A stretch of DNA of 64,000 nucleotides from Blepharisma stoltei ATCC 30299. Its lineage: Eukaryota; Protista; Ciliophora. The stretch lies in contig CBFDEM010000010.1 of NCBI GenBank assembly GCA_965603825.1, forward strand, positions 62,001 to 126,000, given 5' to 3'. Shown here one piece after another: positions 34,937 through 47,149 of the stretch. The translations under genes were made by a program, and so were the position numbers. Within the stretch, counting starts at the first letter, position 1, and every line of letters starts with the position of its first letter. The notes below the pieces were generated by a model. The model was given only the letters and a program-made list of their open reading frames with translations, was not told the DNA's origin and did no database searches.

Positions 34937-36634
34937 TTAATTTTGATTTTCTTGATTTTCTTGTTTTTCGAGTTTTATACTAAAATCGTTCGCTGCCACA
35001 GAGAAATAGTCATCAACAATCCTTTTAGGAGACATATCAGGCGATACAGTCCCTCTTCTATTTCCAACTAGCCTTCTTCTTATCAATCTCGACATATCTC
35101 TAATAGCTGCCGTTTTATTTTCGATTTGTCTTTGAACCCCAATACTACTTGAAGCTTCCAGCAGTCTCGATTCATTTATAACGCTTTTTAATTTCCCTTC
35201 AATATCATACAAATCTACAAGTGCAATATCAGCCAAGTTCATTATAATATCATTATCTGTCTCACCGACTTCTCTTGATTTTTTCACAAGAACTTTCATA
35301 TGATGCAGGCTTGCTTTCATCTCTTTATACAGGCTGAATTTTCTATTATATTTGGAGTCTCCCAAAGCTGCTTGGTCATTTGGGACTTCTACTCCTTTAT
35401 AAACGACTCTTGGATTTGGCTTGATCGGGGAAACACAAGAGCCTCCTCATTTAATATGAAGCATATATAAAGTAAATGCTTTTCTAATAGCGAGAGCTGC
35501 AGCTTTTTTTACATCTTCAGCAATCTCTTTTCTTGTTATCCATGCATATGCTAAATGCTGCTCTTTCGAATGCTCCAACTCTTTCCTTAAGCTTACAACA
35601 AGCATTCCTAAATACACGTTTCCTATGATACAAGCAATGACAGCGATACATCTTCCAGGATGGGTTACGGGGAAAATGTCTCCATAACCGACTGTTGTGG
35701 TTGTTACAAAAACCAGCCAGAGGTTGTCAGCTAAGGTTACAAGGCGGCTCTCCACGTCTGGAGTGTTCGAATAAATTCTGTTATTTCTTTCAGCCAGTCT
35801 CATTAATAATGCCCAGTAAAGAGAAATAATAATAAATACAAGTGCAATACCAAAATGAGAGGCATCTTGCATAAAGCATTTTAGCGCAAATAGCGAAGAG
35901 GCTTGTTCTCCGTTCATTTCGCAGACTCTTTCAGCTTTAGGTTTTGTGTAGAAACTATAGTGTCCAAAAAGTCTTATGCACAAATACATTCTGAGGAGGA
36001 TAATGAAGGCGAAAACAGAGTTCCAAGAATAGGTCATATCGTAACCCATCATTGAGACTGTGAATGATCTATCATATCCAGGAGGAGAAAACCATATATT
36101 AATCATCATTTCAATTATCATGGGTTTGGCTAGGGATGATGATAGCAGTGTAGTATATATGGATTCTTCAAAGGTCACTATCTTTATCGTTAAGACATTA
36201 TAGTATCGCCTGGCAATTCACATGACGCTGAATAATGCCATGGCCATCTCCATAACTCTTAAATACGTGCACAAGTAAGTACTTTTATTTCCATTTGCAA
36301 AAAAAATTTCGTTCTCCATATATGAGATCATAATTATCGCGACCCCTATGAGTGCTAGAATCGTATCATCAAATTTCAGTTCTTTTTTGGCCAAATTCAA
36401 GAGATCTCTATTTATGTTGCTGACTTGAAATGATTTAGGGTCGATTTCCTTATGTTTTGGATTTTTAGTGGTATTTGGAGTTTCTCTTCGTCTAGATATC
36501 ATTATATTAGGAATTGATGGAAGTTCTGTAAACAGAGTTTCTTGATTGCTTGATGACCGTCTAGTTCGGTCATAATTTAAGGAAACTCCTACTTTTTTCG
36601 ATCGTCTTTTCGGCCGGAGTTCTGTAATTTCCAT
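34937..36634 (-). CDS. SK/KCNN-like Ca2+-activated potassium channel
   Basis: TTVGYGD pore, PVTHPGR, LLRMYL S4 segment. Three ORFs join in frame through TGA at 36218 and 35447. Confidence 0.9.
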
Positions 36635-36830
36635 ATTAAAAGTTGTTGAAATTTAAACTTTATTAAAATGTCATCAATTATCTTATAAACTCTTATTTCT
36701 TATCATTTTTTATATAATATCAAACTAATTATTATAAAACGTCTCATATTTTGATTATTTCAATCATTTTTTAATTAATTTTCGAGTCCTAAATGAAAAT
36801 GCCATATGCGATTATTATACAAAAAATTAG

Positions 36831-37577
36831 TTATATATGAATCTTTTCAATTGCTTGGTTGCTATTTTCAAACTTCTCGCACAGATTTTCGTCATTTTCT
36901 TTGATATTTGCATATCGTCTATTCACTTTTAGAATATCTTTGCTTTGTGTAGTTTTAAGTGTCGATCTTCTCAGCTTAGTGCTTCTTTCTTGAGTGCTTC
37001 CTCTGTCTTTTACAGCAACTGTCCTTCTTCTCGAGAAGTGTGCAGGTGTTATTGGAACTAATTTTGGCTTCAGCAATTTTGTATCAAATACAAAAGGGTT
37101 CGGTAAAGGGTTTATTTTCGAAAAAGTTTTTCTCCAAGATATTTCTTCGGTAGAATTAAAAATCTGTCTAAACGTCTGTGTTGATAATAAATTTGTGTTA
37201 TTTGCACTTTCATGTATAGATTCGTTGAAATCGGAAGGTAAAGAGCTTACCGACGATCTGAGATCGAAAGTTCTCATTCAGTTATTTTTCGAAATTATCC
37301 CACTGCGATCTAAAGCTTGTGGTTCAAATGCATCGCCTTTCTTAATAGCAATGCTTGGCATGTGTGATGCTGGCTTATTGAGATCAGCTAAGCTTTGTGT
37401 GGAAGCCCGCAAGTTTTGGGGCAAGGAGTGAGTGGTTTGAATACTGGGATTTTGGCTGATTATCTCTTGAGAATTGTGTAAAGATGCATGATTATCAGCA
37501 CTTATAGCATTTCTATGCGACTTGGATTTGCAGCACCTGAAAAATGAAGTAAAACACCCTGAAGAGTGGTTGGACAT
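36831..37577 (-). CDS. Hypothetical Ser-rich protein
   Basis: Two ORFs joined through TGA at 37278; Cys-containing N-terminus (FFRCCK). Confidence 0.7.
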
Positions 37578-38014
37578 TTATATTTAAATCGGCCAGCTGA
37601 AGATTTATTATTAAATTTCTTGATGAATGAAAGTCGTTGAAGTTAAGGTAATTTATTGCCATTTTAGTAAGGTGCATTTATTTCATTTTGAATTAAATTT
37701 ATCATCTTATTTAACTGATTTTTAATAGGCTAATTTAAATAAAATTTAAACATTATTAAGAATTTTAGGTTCCTATAATATATTTAAATTATTTCTTATA
37801 ATTTAGAATGATTTTACTATGAAATAGCTATAAAATAGCACAAAGTAATTTAAATAATTTCTAAATCTTCAGAAAAATCAATCATTATGGCTTTTTTATA
37901 CTAGTCTACATTTTTACCATCTCTTAATTTGACAATGAGACTCTGATTATTTTGATTTATTTTCTCAATCATTTAATTTAAAATAAACCTGTTTTTATTT
38001 GCAATAATCCATAA

Positions 38015-41000
38015 ATGCGGGCTTTTCAAATTCTCTTTATCTCTGTCGCTTTAGCAGCTGAATTAAACACTACTTGTCCTCACTCAACTGAATATTTCGA
38101 TACATCTTTAATGGAATGCGCTTCTTGCGGTACAAATCAGGTCGCAACCTCAGATGGTTTAGGCTGTGAATGCTCCCCTGGCTACTCAAAAACTTCTGCG
38201 ACCCGCGATTACCCCGTTTTCGAATGTGTCTCATGTGGCTCCAGTGCCCCTGCTGAAAATGACTATCAATGCATAGCATGCCCCTCCGGGATCAGCACTT
38301 CAACTGGAGATTGCCAATGCTCAGCTGCATCCTTACAAGTAATAAATGAAATAAGTGCAGACGGCTCCTATTTGCCAACAAAAGAGTGTGTTGCCTGTGC
38401 AACAAATTATTATCCAGGTCCAGGAACTTATAAATGTGAGGGATGCTCTGATATAACAGCAATGACAAGAAATTCTCAAACTTATAAATGCGAATGTATA
38501 AGCACTGGATATACGCAATCAGGAGATTATTGCGTGTCTGCTGCACAGGCAGGTGCATTGCCAAGTGGGCTGACTGGAGAAGACTCTTATACTGTAGTTT
38601 ATAATTATGTTGAGTCCAAATCAGGAATTGGCACAGTCTCATTAACCCAAAGCGATACTTTTAGCTATTTCTATTTGCATTCAGCTAGAGACTGCCAGAA
38701 TGGCTATATAAAAGCTTGCCAAGCCCTAGCAAACTTGTGTGTGCTACAGATGTATAACTTGAAGACCAATGTTTGTCAGATGTATCAACAATTGGGGAAA
38801 GGCAAAGAGCAGATGCCTTCAGACTCAGGCTGGATAAAAGAAGTAGGCTGGCTTTATTATGGAAGAACTGCATCAAATGTCCTTAAAGACAGCAGTGTAA
38901 ATATAAAGGTTACTTTTGACACAGGTGACGATACGAAGTTTCACAAGCTTACTTTTAAAGCTGCTCAATATAAACTCGATGGCACTTTTCTAGGCTTTGA
39001 GACATTAGCAGACCAACTATTAATTTGTCCTCACTCTTCACAGGACTCAATCACATATAGAGAATTTGGGACTAATACAGAATATGACTGTAGTTTTGAC
39101 TTAACTCCTTACTTAACCAGCGACGAAACTATTTTTTATGATCCTTATATACTTAATTCTGATGGAAATCTGATAGAAGTTCCTGTTTTAATAAAAAATT
39201 TCAGAGATAAGGATGATGCGTCCCCTAATGAAGGGTCAAGCAAATCCCAATGGCAGCTATTTAGAAGATTTTTTATATATGATAACGTAAGTGGGAAGGT
39301 TGGTACCAATGCCTACGCAAATGGAGAAGTCACTAATGTCCTCTCTTATTTGAAAAGTGCAAAGCTAGTCGTTACATTAAGAGCTGACCATGATGAAATG
39401 ATATATATTCCTTATTTAGTTTTGGAGTACAGGCAAAGACAATATGATTATTTGCAAAGCAATAAAAAAGCTTCTATTGATTTTGTAAGCGAATATACAA
39501 TGGATACTACTGATTACTGAAAAGTTACTGAAGGAGTTTATATTGCAGCAAATGTGGTTGCAATTGTCGCTTGGATAACTCGGCTGTATGTGTGGAGCAA
39601 AAATAACCCATCTATACATTCTAGAGAAACTTATACACTTTGGATACTTGGAAAAGCTTTGGTTTATTTTATTAGCACTTGGGCTTTTTTCAATTTTTGG
39701 TTTATTTTTGTAAGTTCTGCGTATTGGTTTGTATTTTATAAAATGCAGTATCAAGTTTATGTGCTGGTCCCACCGAATAATACATGGCATGATAATTATT
39801 TGGCTTTTGAAATTGTGTTTGGACTTGTGGTTTCTTGCCAACTGCTTACAGTTTTTGATATCATTCGAAGCCAGTCTAAAATTGATATTTTATTTATTGA
39901 TTGGGAAACTCCTAATCGTGTAATAAAGCCAGGGCATGACGAAATAAATGCTCTCTATAATGAAGCAAGGCTTGAGAATATAAGCTCAGATTACTACAAG
40001 TTAAGCACAAGTGCTTGAAGATCTTTATTTATAGCTAATGAGTTTAACGAACTGCAAGCAAAAAGATATATTAACTTGGAATTTACACTTATTTTTATGC
40101 TGTTCTTCTTAGGAGGCTTAGGATGGGAGCAGCTTGGTGATGCCAAGCCTAATATGCATGTAAATGTAAATCATGAAACAAATAGTCCAACAAATATGGT
40201 TCTGCGCTTTTTTGTAGTAACTTTTGTATTATTAGTAATTGGCTATGCACAGTATCTCATAAAAAAAATTTTCAGCCTTTGGTTCCCAACTGCCATTCAA
40301 AATTTTGTTGATTTATGCTCAGTCTCCAATGTATCTATTTTCATTCTTGATCAAAGCTTGCATGGATATTATATTCATGGAGTTTCTCCAACAGGAATGG
40401 CTGATGTAGGCTTAAGCGACCTTATCAAAGCTTTATCCCAAGAAGAAGCTGGGAAAGCGAGGCCAAGGGGAATTTTACCTGAAGAATCGTCTGGGCTGCA
40501 GACATACGAAATTTATATCCCATGAAAAATGAGGCAAACTTATGATAATTTAGGCACAGACCCTGTCGAAGCAGAAGTTGGGGAGTATAAAAAATCAAAA
40601 ATCCAAAGCCAAGCATCTAAATTGTGGGTCAAAACTCCTGCAATTCCAAAGGAAATTGATTTTGAAAGACTGGAAGATGTGAGATCAGAGCTGAATAATA
40701 GGTTCAAAACTTATATATCAACAGTTATAAAGGACTGTAAAACGAATATTTTGAACAAAAGTGCTTTGCAGAGATTTTTAAATATTCCACCAACTAGAAT
40801 GGATACACTTGAAGGCTCACCATTTTTTTATAAAGACCCTGGGATGAATTTTGAAAGCATATTTTTTATGGGAAAAGAGTTTTCAATACTTTTAATGGAT
40901 GTACTGGTTTTTAATCTTATTGACTTTCGACACAATAATCTTTATTTAGCAGCATTTATCACATATATTTTTTCGAAAATGGTATCATATGCAAGAGCAT

Positions 41001-41059
41001 CATTAGGGGAATATAACTTGTCAAGAAAAACTTTGGTGGATAAAAGGTTCTTGATATAA
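38015..41059 (+). CDS. TMEM67: Meckelin (transition-zone protein)
   Basis: Signal peptide, Cys-rich ectodomain, ACQALANLCVL, RRFFIYD, DILFIDWE, SA-W-RSLFIANEFNELQ, NFVDLCSVSNVS, HGYYIHG, KTLVDKRFLI; three TGA. Confidence 0.95.
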
Positions 41060-41416
41060 TTAGCAAAATAAATAATCATTTTATAGTAAATTTTATTAGC
41101 CATATTAGATTTTAAAAATCTTATAACTAATTATTAAATACAAAGCCATTTCCACTTGCAGGCTGTTATTAGATGCTATATAGATTTAAAATACAAATTG
41201 CTGAATTATTTCTCAGTTCGTATATAAGACATTAAAATGGTCAAATAACAAAAATTTAGAATTCTAGAAAATTAATGGATTTTACAATAATTCTCCAATG
41301 TATATGAACTTTTAAATTCACGTAAATTTGTTCAGTTTTTATTTAACAATAAATTCAGACAGAGTTACTGCTAATTATATGATTTTACAAATCAATGATT
41401 ATAATTAACTTAAAAA

Positions 41417-43063
41417 ATGTATAATGTAGCAAAATAAAAAATTAAGCAACACACATCGCAATCCTTAAAGGTTGTCCCGAAAGGTTCCTTAGAATTCACA
41501 AGTTTTAATGAAAAAGTACAATTTCTTTTAGAAATTCGGGAAAATGCAGCAACTTTTATTCAAGCCCAATACATACTTAGGCGAATGAAAAAGCACACAA
41601 AGTTTAATTTAATGGTCTTAAGACTAACCAAGGCTAGAAGAGCAGCCGCAAAAATGATTCAAAAATTTATCAGAGGTTGGCTTGTCCGGAAAGATTTAAA
41701 ATTTTTAAAAGGAGTTGACCATAAAAAGCTTATAATATGACGACATTGTGGCAAAGATGTCAGGATAATTGGTAATTTTACTATGCCCCCATGAGAGGAA
41801 GAAATTCATCTAAGATATACGAAGTATCTTGAAGAATTTATAAGCACTATATTATACGACAGAAAAATAAAAGCTGGTGCATATTGCATTAAATTTATAA
41901 TAGATGGAGTTATGGTATGCAACGGTGACTTGGCAATTTCACAAGATTCTTTAGGAAATTATAATAATGTAATCGGAATAAGCGACGACAAAAAAAACCT
42001 ATCAAGATCACTCAGCGTTAGGTCTTTTATAGGTGTAGGAGCTGTTAATGACGAACTTTCAAAACACATAGTAACTCAAGATTCTCAATCTCCAATAATC
42101 CTGGCAAGATCTTTAACCGGGAGCTTAGACTCTCCAAGAGCTTTTGGAGTTTTTGATGAAAAAAAACCTAAGTCTCCAATAAGTCTTCTTATGAGTGGGT
42201 CCATGGCAGCCAAATCTAAAAAGAAATCAGCACAACTTACTTCTCAAGGCAGTGCTGATGCTTATTTTCTCAATGAAGAAATCCAATCCTTCGGAATTGC
42301 AGATGGGGTAGGTGAATGATCTACCTATGGACTTGACGCATCTCGATTTTCCAAAGAGCTTATAAGATACTGTGAGCAAGCTCTCGTTGAAACTTTACAA
42401 TCAGAATGACCTTTCACAGAGTATTGCGACTTGCTCCAACAAGTAGTATTTGAAGCTTATAGAAGAATAGTCTCCTATGGAAGTAGCACAATTCTTTTAG
42501 CAATTTGTAGAGACTCTTTTCTTCATTCTTTATCATTAGGAGATTCAAGCTTTATTGTGCTGAGACCTCGAGATGGCTGCAAGGTATTATCAGCAGTCTA
42601 TAGATCTGTAGAGCAGCAGCATTCTTTTAATTGCCCTTATCAGTTAGCAAACTTGCCTAAGCAAAGCAAATTTCAAGAGCTTATAGATAAAGGGTTTTCT
42701 ACTTTAATTGCGTTATTGAAAAGAACTTCACAGAATATGAATGACTCTGTATTTGATGCAGAAAGCGGAATGATACCATTGAAAAATGGAGATATAATAG
42801 TTGCTGGAACTGATGGGCTTTTTGATAATATGTATGATAGTGATATCATAAAAATTGCTGAGCAGATTATACAGACTTATGATGAGGCCCAGCAAATTGC
42901 AGACGTGCTGTCAAAGACTCTTGTAGAGAGGGCAATCCAAAAAGGATGGGACCAGTCTTATAAATCGCCTTTTGCAAAAAATGCAAGCAAAGCTGGGAAG
43001 AAGTATATTGGAGGGAAGCTTGACGATACAACTGTAATAGTTGCTGTTGCATTAAGTCTTTAA
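41417..43063 (+). CDS. IQ-motif + CBM48-like + PTC7-type PP2C phosphatase fusion (5' end uncertain)
   Basis: AAKMIQKFIRGWLVRK (IQ); W-RHCGKDVRIIGNF...KFIIDG...GNYNNVI (CBM48-like); IADGVGE-W, GSST, LGDS, EQQHSFNCPYQL, TDGLFDN, GGKLDDTTV. Confidence 0.85.
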
Positions 43064-43233
43064 TTATTGTTACAAAATAATTTTAAACCTTCAAGATTTA
43101 TATTTATTTAATTTTAATAACAGTTTCTATGCTATAAGAAAGAATTCTGACTAATTATGGCCTTAAATCCCCAAACTATCATATTAAAATAATATTTAGA
43201 GACTTAAATCATCAAATTTCCATTTTAATTAAA

Positions 43234-43962
43234 ATGCAATATGAAAAAGTACTCGCAGAAAGCTCAGAGTCTGAAGAACTATTACCTTCGAAACGAAATT
43301 CTAAGCTAGATTTAGGCCAGCCGACCAAAAGAATGCACAGCGATAATCCTTTTATTATGGATATTGAATTTTTCTTGAAAGAATTGGATGAGATTTTCAC
43401 AAATCCAAATAAGCGTGTTGAAATCGCTGACACTCTGCCAGAAATGACAATTGATCAATTAACAAAAATTGAAGACACTTTTAAAATAAAGAAAGGGTCT
43501 TCAAAAATTTCCTTAGAAAGAGATGATAATAATGAAATAGCTGCAGATATCAATGATATCAAAAAAATCCAAGAAGAGATCAATTTAAAATTAGAAGAGA
43601 ACAAGAAAATAGATTTTTCTGAAGTTGTAGATGATGATGTAAAATTGTCTTTCAACAACCTGACTACACCTGAAAAAATTAGAGCTTTGCTTTCACAACA
43701 AGATTCATTGATTTTTCCAGAGACAATAGCAAATGCAGACAGTAAAATGAATCAAATGAAGAAAAGCAGTTATGAAAATAGAAGCTCCATTACTGTGAGT
43801 CAATCTTTACTAAAACCAAAAGAGATAGATATACTATCTCTCAAAGCACAAATCCCTAAATCCTTACAGCCGACCTTTTCTTTGCCTTACATTATAAAAC
43901 CTTTAAAAATCTACACAAATTTAAAAGCCATTTCCTACAAAATTTACACAAATTCCATTTAA
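43234..43962 (+). CDS. Hypothetical protein
   Basis: 242-aa ORF from ATG to TAA. Confidence 0.7.
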   Translation: MQYEKVLAESSESEELLPSKRNSKLDLGQPTKRMHSDNPFIMDIEFFLKELDEIFTNPNKRVEIADTLPEMTIDQLTKIEDTFKIKKGSSKISLERDDNNEIAADINDIKKIQEEINLKLEENKKIDFSEVVDDDVKLSFNNLTTPEKIRALLSQQDSLIFPETIANADSKMNQMKKSSYENRSSITVSQSLLKPKEIDILSLKAQIPKSLQPTFSLPYIIKPLKIYTNLKAISYKIYTNSI

Positions 43963-43990
43963 TTAATTTCACTAATTTCTTAAATTGTGC

Positions 43991-44554
43991 TTAGCTTTTA
44001 GAGAACTGTGCTTTATTCACTGAAATATTTCCATCAATAAGTTCATAAATAAATAAAGTTGCTTCATTTCCTTGGAAAGCCATTATAATAAAGCTTGGTT
44101 TAACTTCAGCTGTAATAGCTGAATATGCTCCAGTTGCACTTCCTGGATTAATAAAATATTTTCCATCTAAGCTTTCTATAGATAAAGCATGAGTGTGTCC
44201 TGATACCAAAATATCGCAATCAAGCTGCCTTTGCAAGTTTCCTAATGCTTCTTTGTCTCCCCATGGAATAACTTGATGCCCATGTATAAGTCCAATTTTC
44301 CAGTCCCCGATGCTCACAACTTTGCTTTCCGGTAGTGTAGTTCCTTCATCGAAATCGCCTCTTGTTATATTCACATTGGAAGCTAGCCCTTTAAGCCAAT
44401 CTGAATACTCACGGCTGCCAATATTCCCAGTACAAAAAATGTGCTGCACTTTGCCTGGCACTAATAGTTCTTTGAATTTTTCAGGTAAGTCCACAGCTCG
44501 TTGTGGGATGTGAAGGTCTCCTATAAGCAGCACAAGCTCTCCAAACTGGCTCAT
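43991..44554 (-). CDS. VPS29: Retromer subunit VPS29
   Basis: LLIGDLHIPQR, LLVPGKVQHIFCTGN, RGDFD, HGHQVIPWGD, GHTH, NPGSATGA. Confidence 0.97.
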   Translation of the reverse strand: MSQFGELVLLIGDLHIPQRAVDLPEKFKELLVPGKVQHIFCTGNIGSREYSDWLKGLASNVNITRGDFDEGTTLPESKVVSIGDWKIGLIHGHQVIPWGDKEALGNLQRQLDCDILVSGHTHALSIESLDGKYFINPGSATGAYSAITAEVKPSFIIMAFQGNEATLFIYELIDGNISVNKAQFSKS

Positions 44555-44574
44555 ATTTATTGATTGGCATAAAA

Positions 44575-45396
44575 ATGCTGTCTAGAAATAGCAAAGTCCT
44601 TTATAGAGGTTTTACTTGGGGAGAATATTACCCCAATCGCAATCTTTATGTGGCTGGTGGACATAAATACAACACTCGCTATAAAGACTTCTGGCAGCAG
44701 CATCAAACCTATGGGCTAGAAGGCAAAGAGCACACTTATACGCATACTGAAAAAGATTATAAGATTCATAGACCTTGGGACACTGTAATGTTTTGGTTTA
44801 AAATCAATATAGCTGGACAGTGGGATTTTTTTACTTATAGGTATTTAAGGGCGATGGACTATTGCACAATGGCACTTGCACCGATTGGGATAGCGACATT
44901 TGCCGTATTGGGAGCAGCTGTATTTAAGCCACTTTATATGTATTCTTTGGTGTCAACAGCGGTTCTTTATTATAGACTTAGGGACAAGTGCTCACATCCA
45001 GAATTCGATGAATTGGGGATTAAGGATTTGCTGTACAGCAATGAGACGGTGAAGAAATACTTTAATGATCAAAATTCGTACGTAATTGATCAATATCAAG
45101 AATATGATAAATTTAACATTGATCAATTCCCTGAATATGGAACTAACAAACTAGCAAGATTTTTCAACGTAGACTGCAATACAACTACCGGATTTTTGAA
45201 GATGTGCGACCTACAAACCGATGCGAGAATGACTGTCCACTTCAAAACAATGCCTTGGAGCGACCAAAAATATTTCTGCACACATCCTTTCTTATTCTAT
45301 GACTTATGGGCTGAAATCAACTGCAAAGGTGTGTATGAGAAAATTGTGTTTATTGACCCCAAGAAAGTTAATAAGAAGATATTTATCACTCTTTAA
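44575..45396 (+). CDS. Probable ciliate-specific mitochondrial membrane protein
   Basis: Presequence-like MLSRNSKVLYRGF, aromatic-rich body, central hydrophobic hairpin. Confidence 0.7.
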   Translation: MLSRNSKVLYRGFTWGEYYPNRNLYVAGGHKYNTRYKDFWQQHQTYGLEGKEHTYTHTEKDYKIHRPWDTVMFWFKINIAGQWDFFTYRYLRAMDYCTMALAPIGIATFAVLGAAVFKPLYMYSLVSTAVLYYRLRDKCSHPEFDELGIKDLLYSNETVKKYFNDQNSYVIDQYQEYDKFNIDQFPEYGTNKLARFFNVDCNTTTGFLKMCDLQTDARMTVHFKTMPWSDQKYFCTHPFLFYDLWAEINCKGVYEKIVFIDPKKVNKKIFITL

Positions 45397-45441
45397 GAAT
45401 TCTAAACCACTCTGGTTTTAACCCATAATTAGTATTTAAAA

Positions 45442-46131
45442 ATGAATCCCCTCGTTGAAGCAGAACCCGATCTTCAACAATTAAACCAAGAAGACGAAGA
45501 GTGTGCCCAAGAATTCACCCAGATCTTAGGTAACAAAAAAATGATCTATGAATTTTTCACCAAAACTTTAGGCTTATTTTTACCAGAAGCAAAATACATA
45601 GACTTAAAATACCTCGTCCAGCTCATGGCAGGTCAAAAAAAAGCTTTAAAGAAAGACAAGGTCGAAGACATTTGTTTTGAGGACGTCGTTTGCATTTCAA
45701 AAGACAGGCTGCAGACATACTGCTATGATAATGAAAAACTTAAAGAGTATATGCCAGATGTGCCTGTTAATAGAGATTATACTATGAAAGTCATTGAATA
45801 TCTAGATAACGGATTTATCAAGAGGCTGATGAATAAATACAATATTAAGGCAAGAAAAGATAATAAAGATTATTGGACTCGCATAAAACTAAATGGGGAA
45901 TTCGGGAAGTTACTCTTGATGATTCCCACTGATCTTAAAGATAATACTTTTGATATTGAGCCTGAAAAACCTCCAAAGAGGAAAAAGAAAAAAGGTTTCG
46001 ATGACGAAGAGTTCTTTCATAAGCCAAGGAAGTACACAAGAAGGACAGAAGAAGAAAGGGAAGCAATCAGGCAATCTAAAAATAGAAGTTTGGAGATTAA
46101 AGATGAAGCAAAACTGGAGCCGACTGATTAA
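45442..46131 (+). CDS. Hypothetical nuclear protein resembling a ciliate transposon-associated ORF family
   Basis: 229-aa ORF with KKMIYEFF..LFLP..LVQLMAGQKK..LKEYMPD..NRDY pattern and NLS-like PKRKKKK. Confidence 0.7.
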   Translation: MNPLVEAEPDLQQLNQEDEECAQEFTQILGNKKMIYEFFTKTLGLFLPEAKYIDLKYLVQLMAGQKKALKKDKVEDICFEDVVCISKDRLQTYCYDNEKLKEYMPDVPVNRDYTMKVIEYLDNGFIKRLMNKYNIKARKDNKDYWTRIKLNGEFGKLLLMIPTDLKDNTFDIEPEKPPKRKKKKGFDDEEFFHKPRKYTRRTEEEREAIRQSKNRSLEIKDEAKLEPTD

Positions 46132-46215
46132 AATAATTTTTGATATAATTGTATTCTGTTTGATGATATAAATATCTTGAAAAATAATTTGAAGTATAAA
46201 TTTTACTTCTTAAGC

Positions 46216-46536
46216 TTATTCTTTAGCTTTTTCTGAAGCAGCCCACAGATCTTTCCAAATATCTTGAGAAATAATGTTGAGACATCTTGAGTTGCATTCT
46301 CTCACTCTAGTTTTCCCGATAATTTTGCATTTATCATAGCAACTTTGAGCTGAATTTAATATTGCTTTTTCTTTCTCGCGATGTTCTGTAGTTCCTGCGT
46401 GGAGAACTTCTAGTGTCAAAAGCAATTCTCTCTGTTGACGTTTGCATTCTTTTCTAGCACCGCTATCTTCGTCTCTGCAAGTTCCTTGCAAAGCGCTTAG
46501 AACTCCTGATAAAGCTGTCGCATAGCTTTCCACCAT
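46216..46536 (-). CDS. Small helical protein with twin CX3C motif
   Basis: 106-aa ORF containing CYDKC...CNSRC. Confidence 0.6.
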   Translation of the reverse strand: MVESYATALSGVLSALQGTCRDEDSGARKECKRQQRELLLTLEVLHAGTTEHREKEKAILNSAQSCYDKCKIIGKTRVRECNSRCLNIISQDIWKDLWAASEKAKE

Positions 46537-47149
46537 TTTAATTATTGGTCACTAATACCAAATCTTTATCCTCGTTTTAGTTTGCTTCAACCTTATTGGC
46601 ATTTAACTTATTTTAAGGATTTCAATATTTTATTTTCTGGAGAATTGATTTGGATAATAATTACTACACATTAAACTTATTCATATTCTATTGAATGAAT
46701 GCATAAATGGCTCTTGAATTATATTTGAATAGACTGTTCATATGACTGCATTAATTCTTTTAAGATTGCCCTTTCTTATAAAATTCATTTTATAAATATT
46801 TTGCATATAAGGAGTTAATTTCATAAAATATATAGTTAAGAGTAACTCTTTAGCTCTGGTCAAAAATGAATTTGAATTACAAATAATAACTTCATTTTTA
46901 ATTATATTTTCTATCAAAACCTTCATCATAAATTATTAAAATCTATATTATGTTTATACGAATATAAAATCCTTATATTTAATATAATTATCTTCGTTTA
47001 TTTTCAAAGAATCTAATCTCAATATCAATGGAATAATAAAAAATGTGAAATTAGCTTACCTGTATTGGCAAAATACTTTGAATGGAAATTAAATAAATTA
47101 AGCACGAGTTAAAAGTAAAATTATTAATTAAAAATTATGTTGTTTTGAT

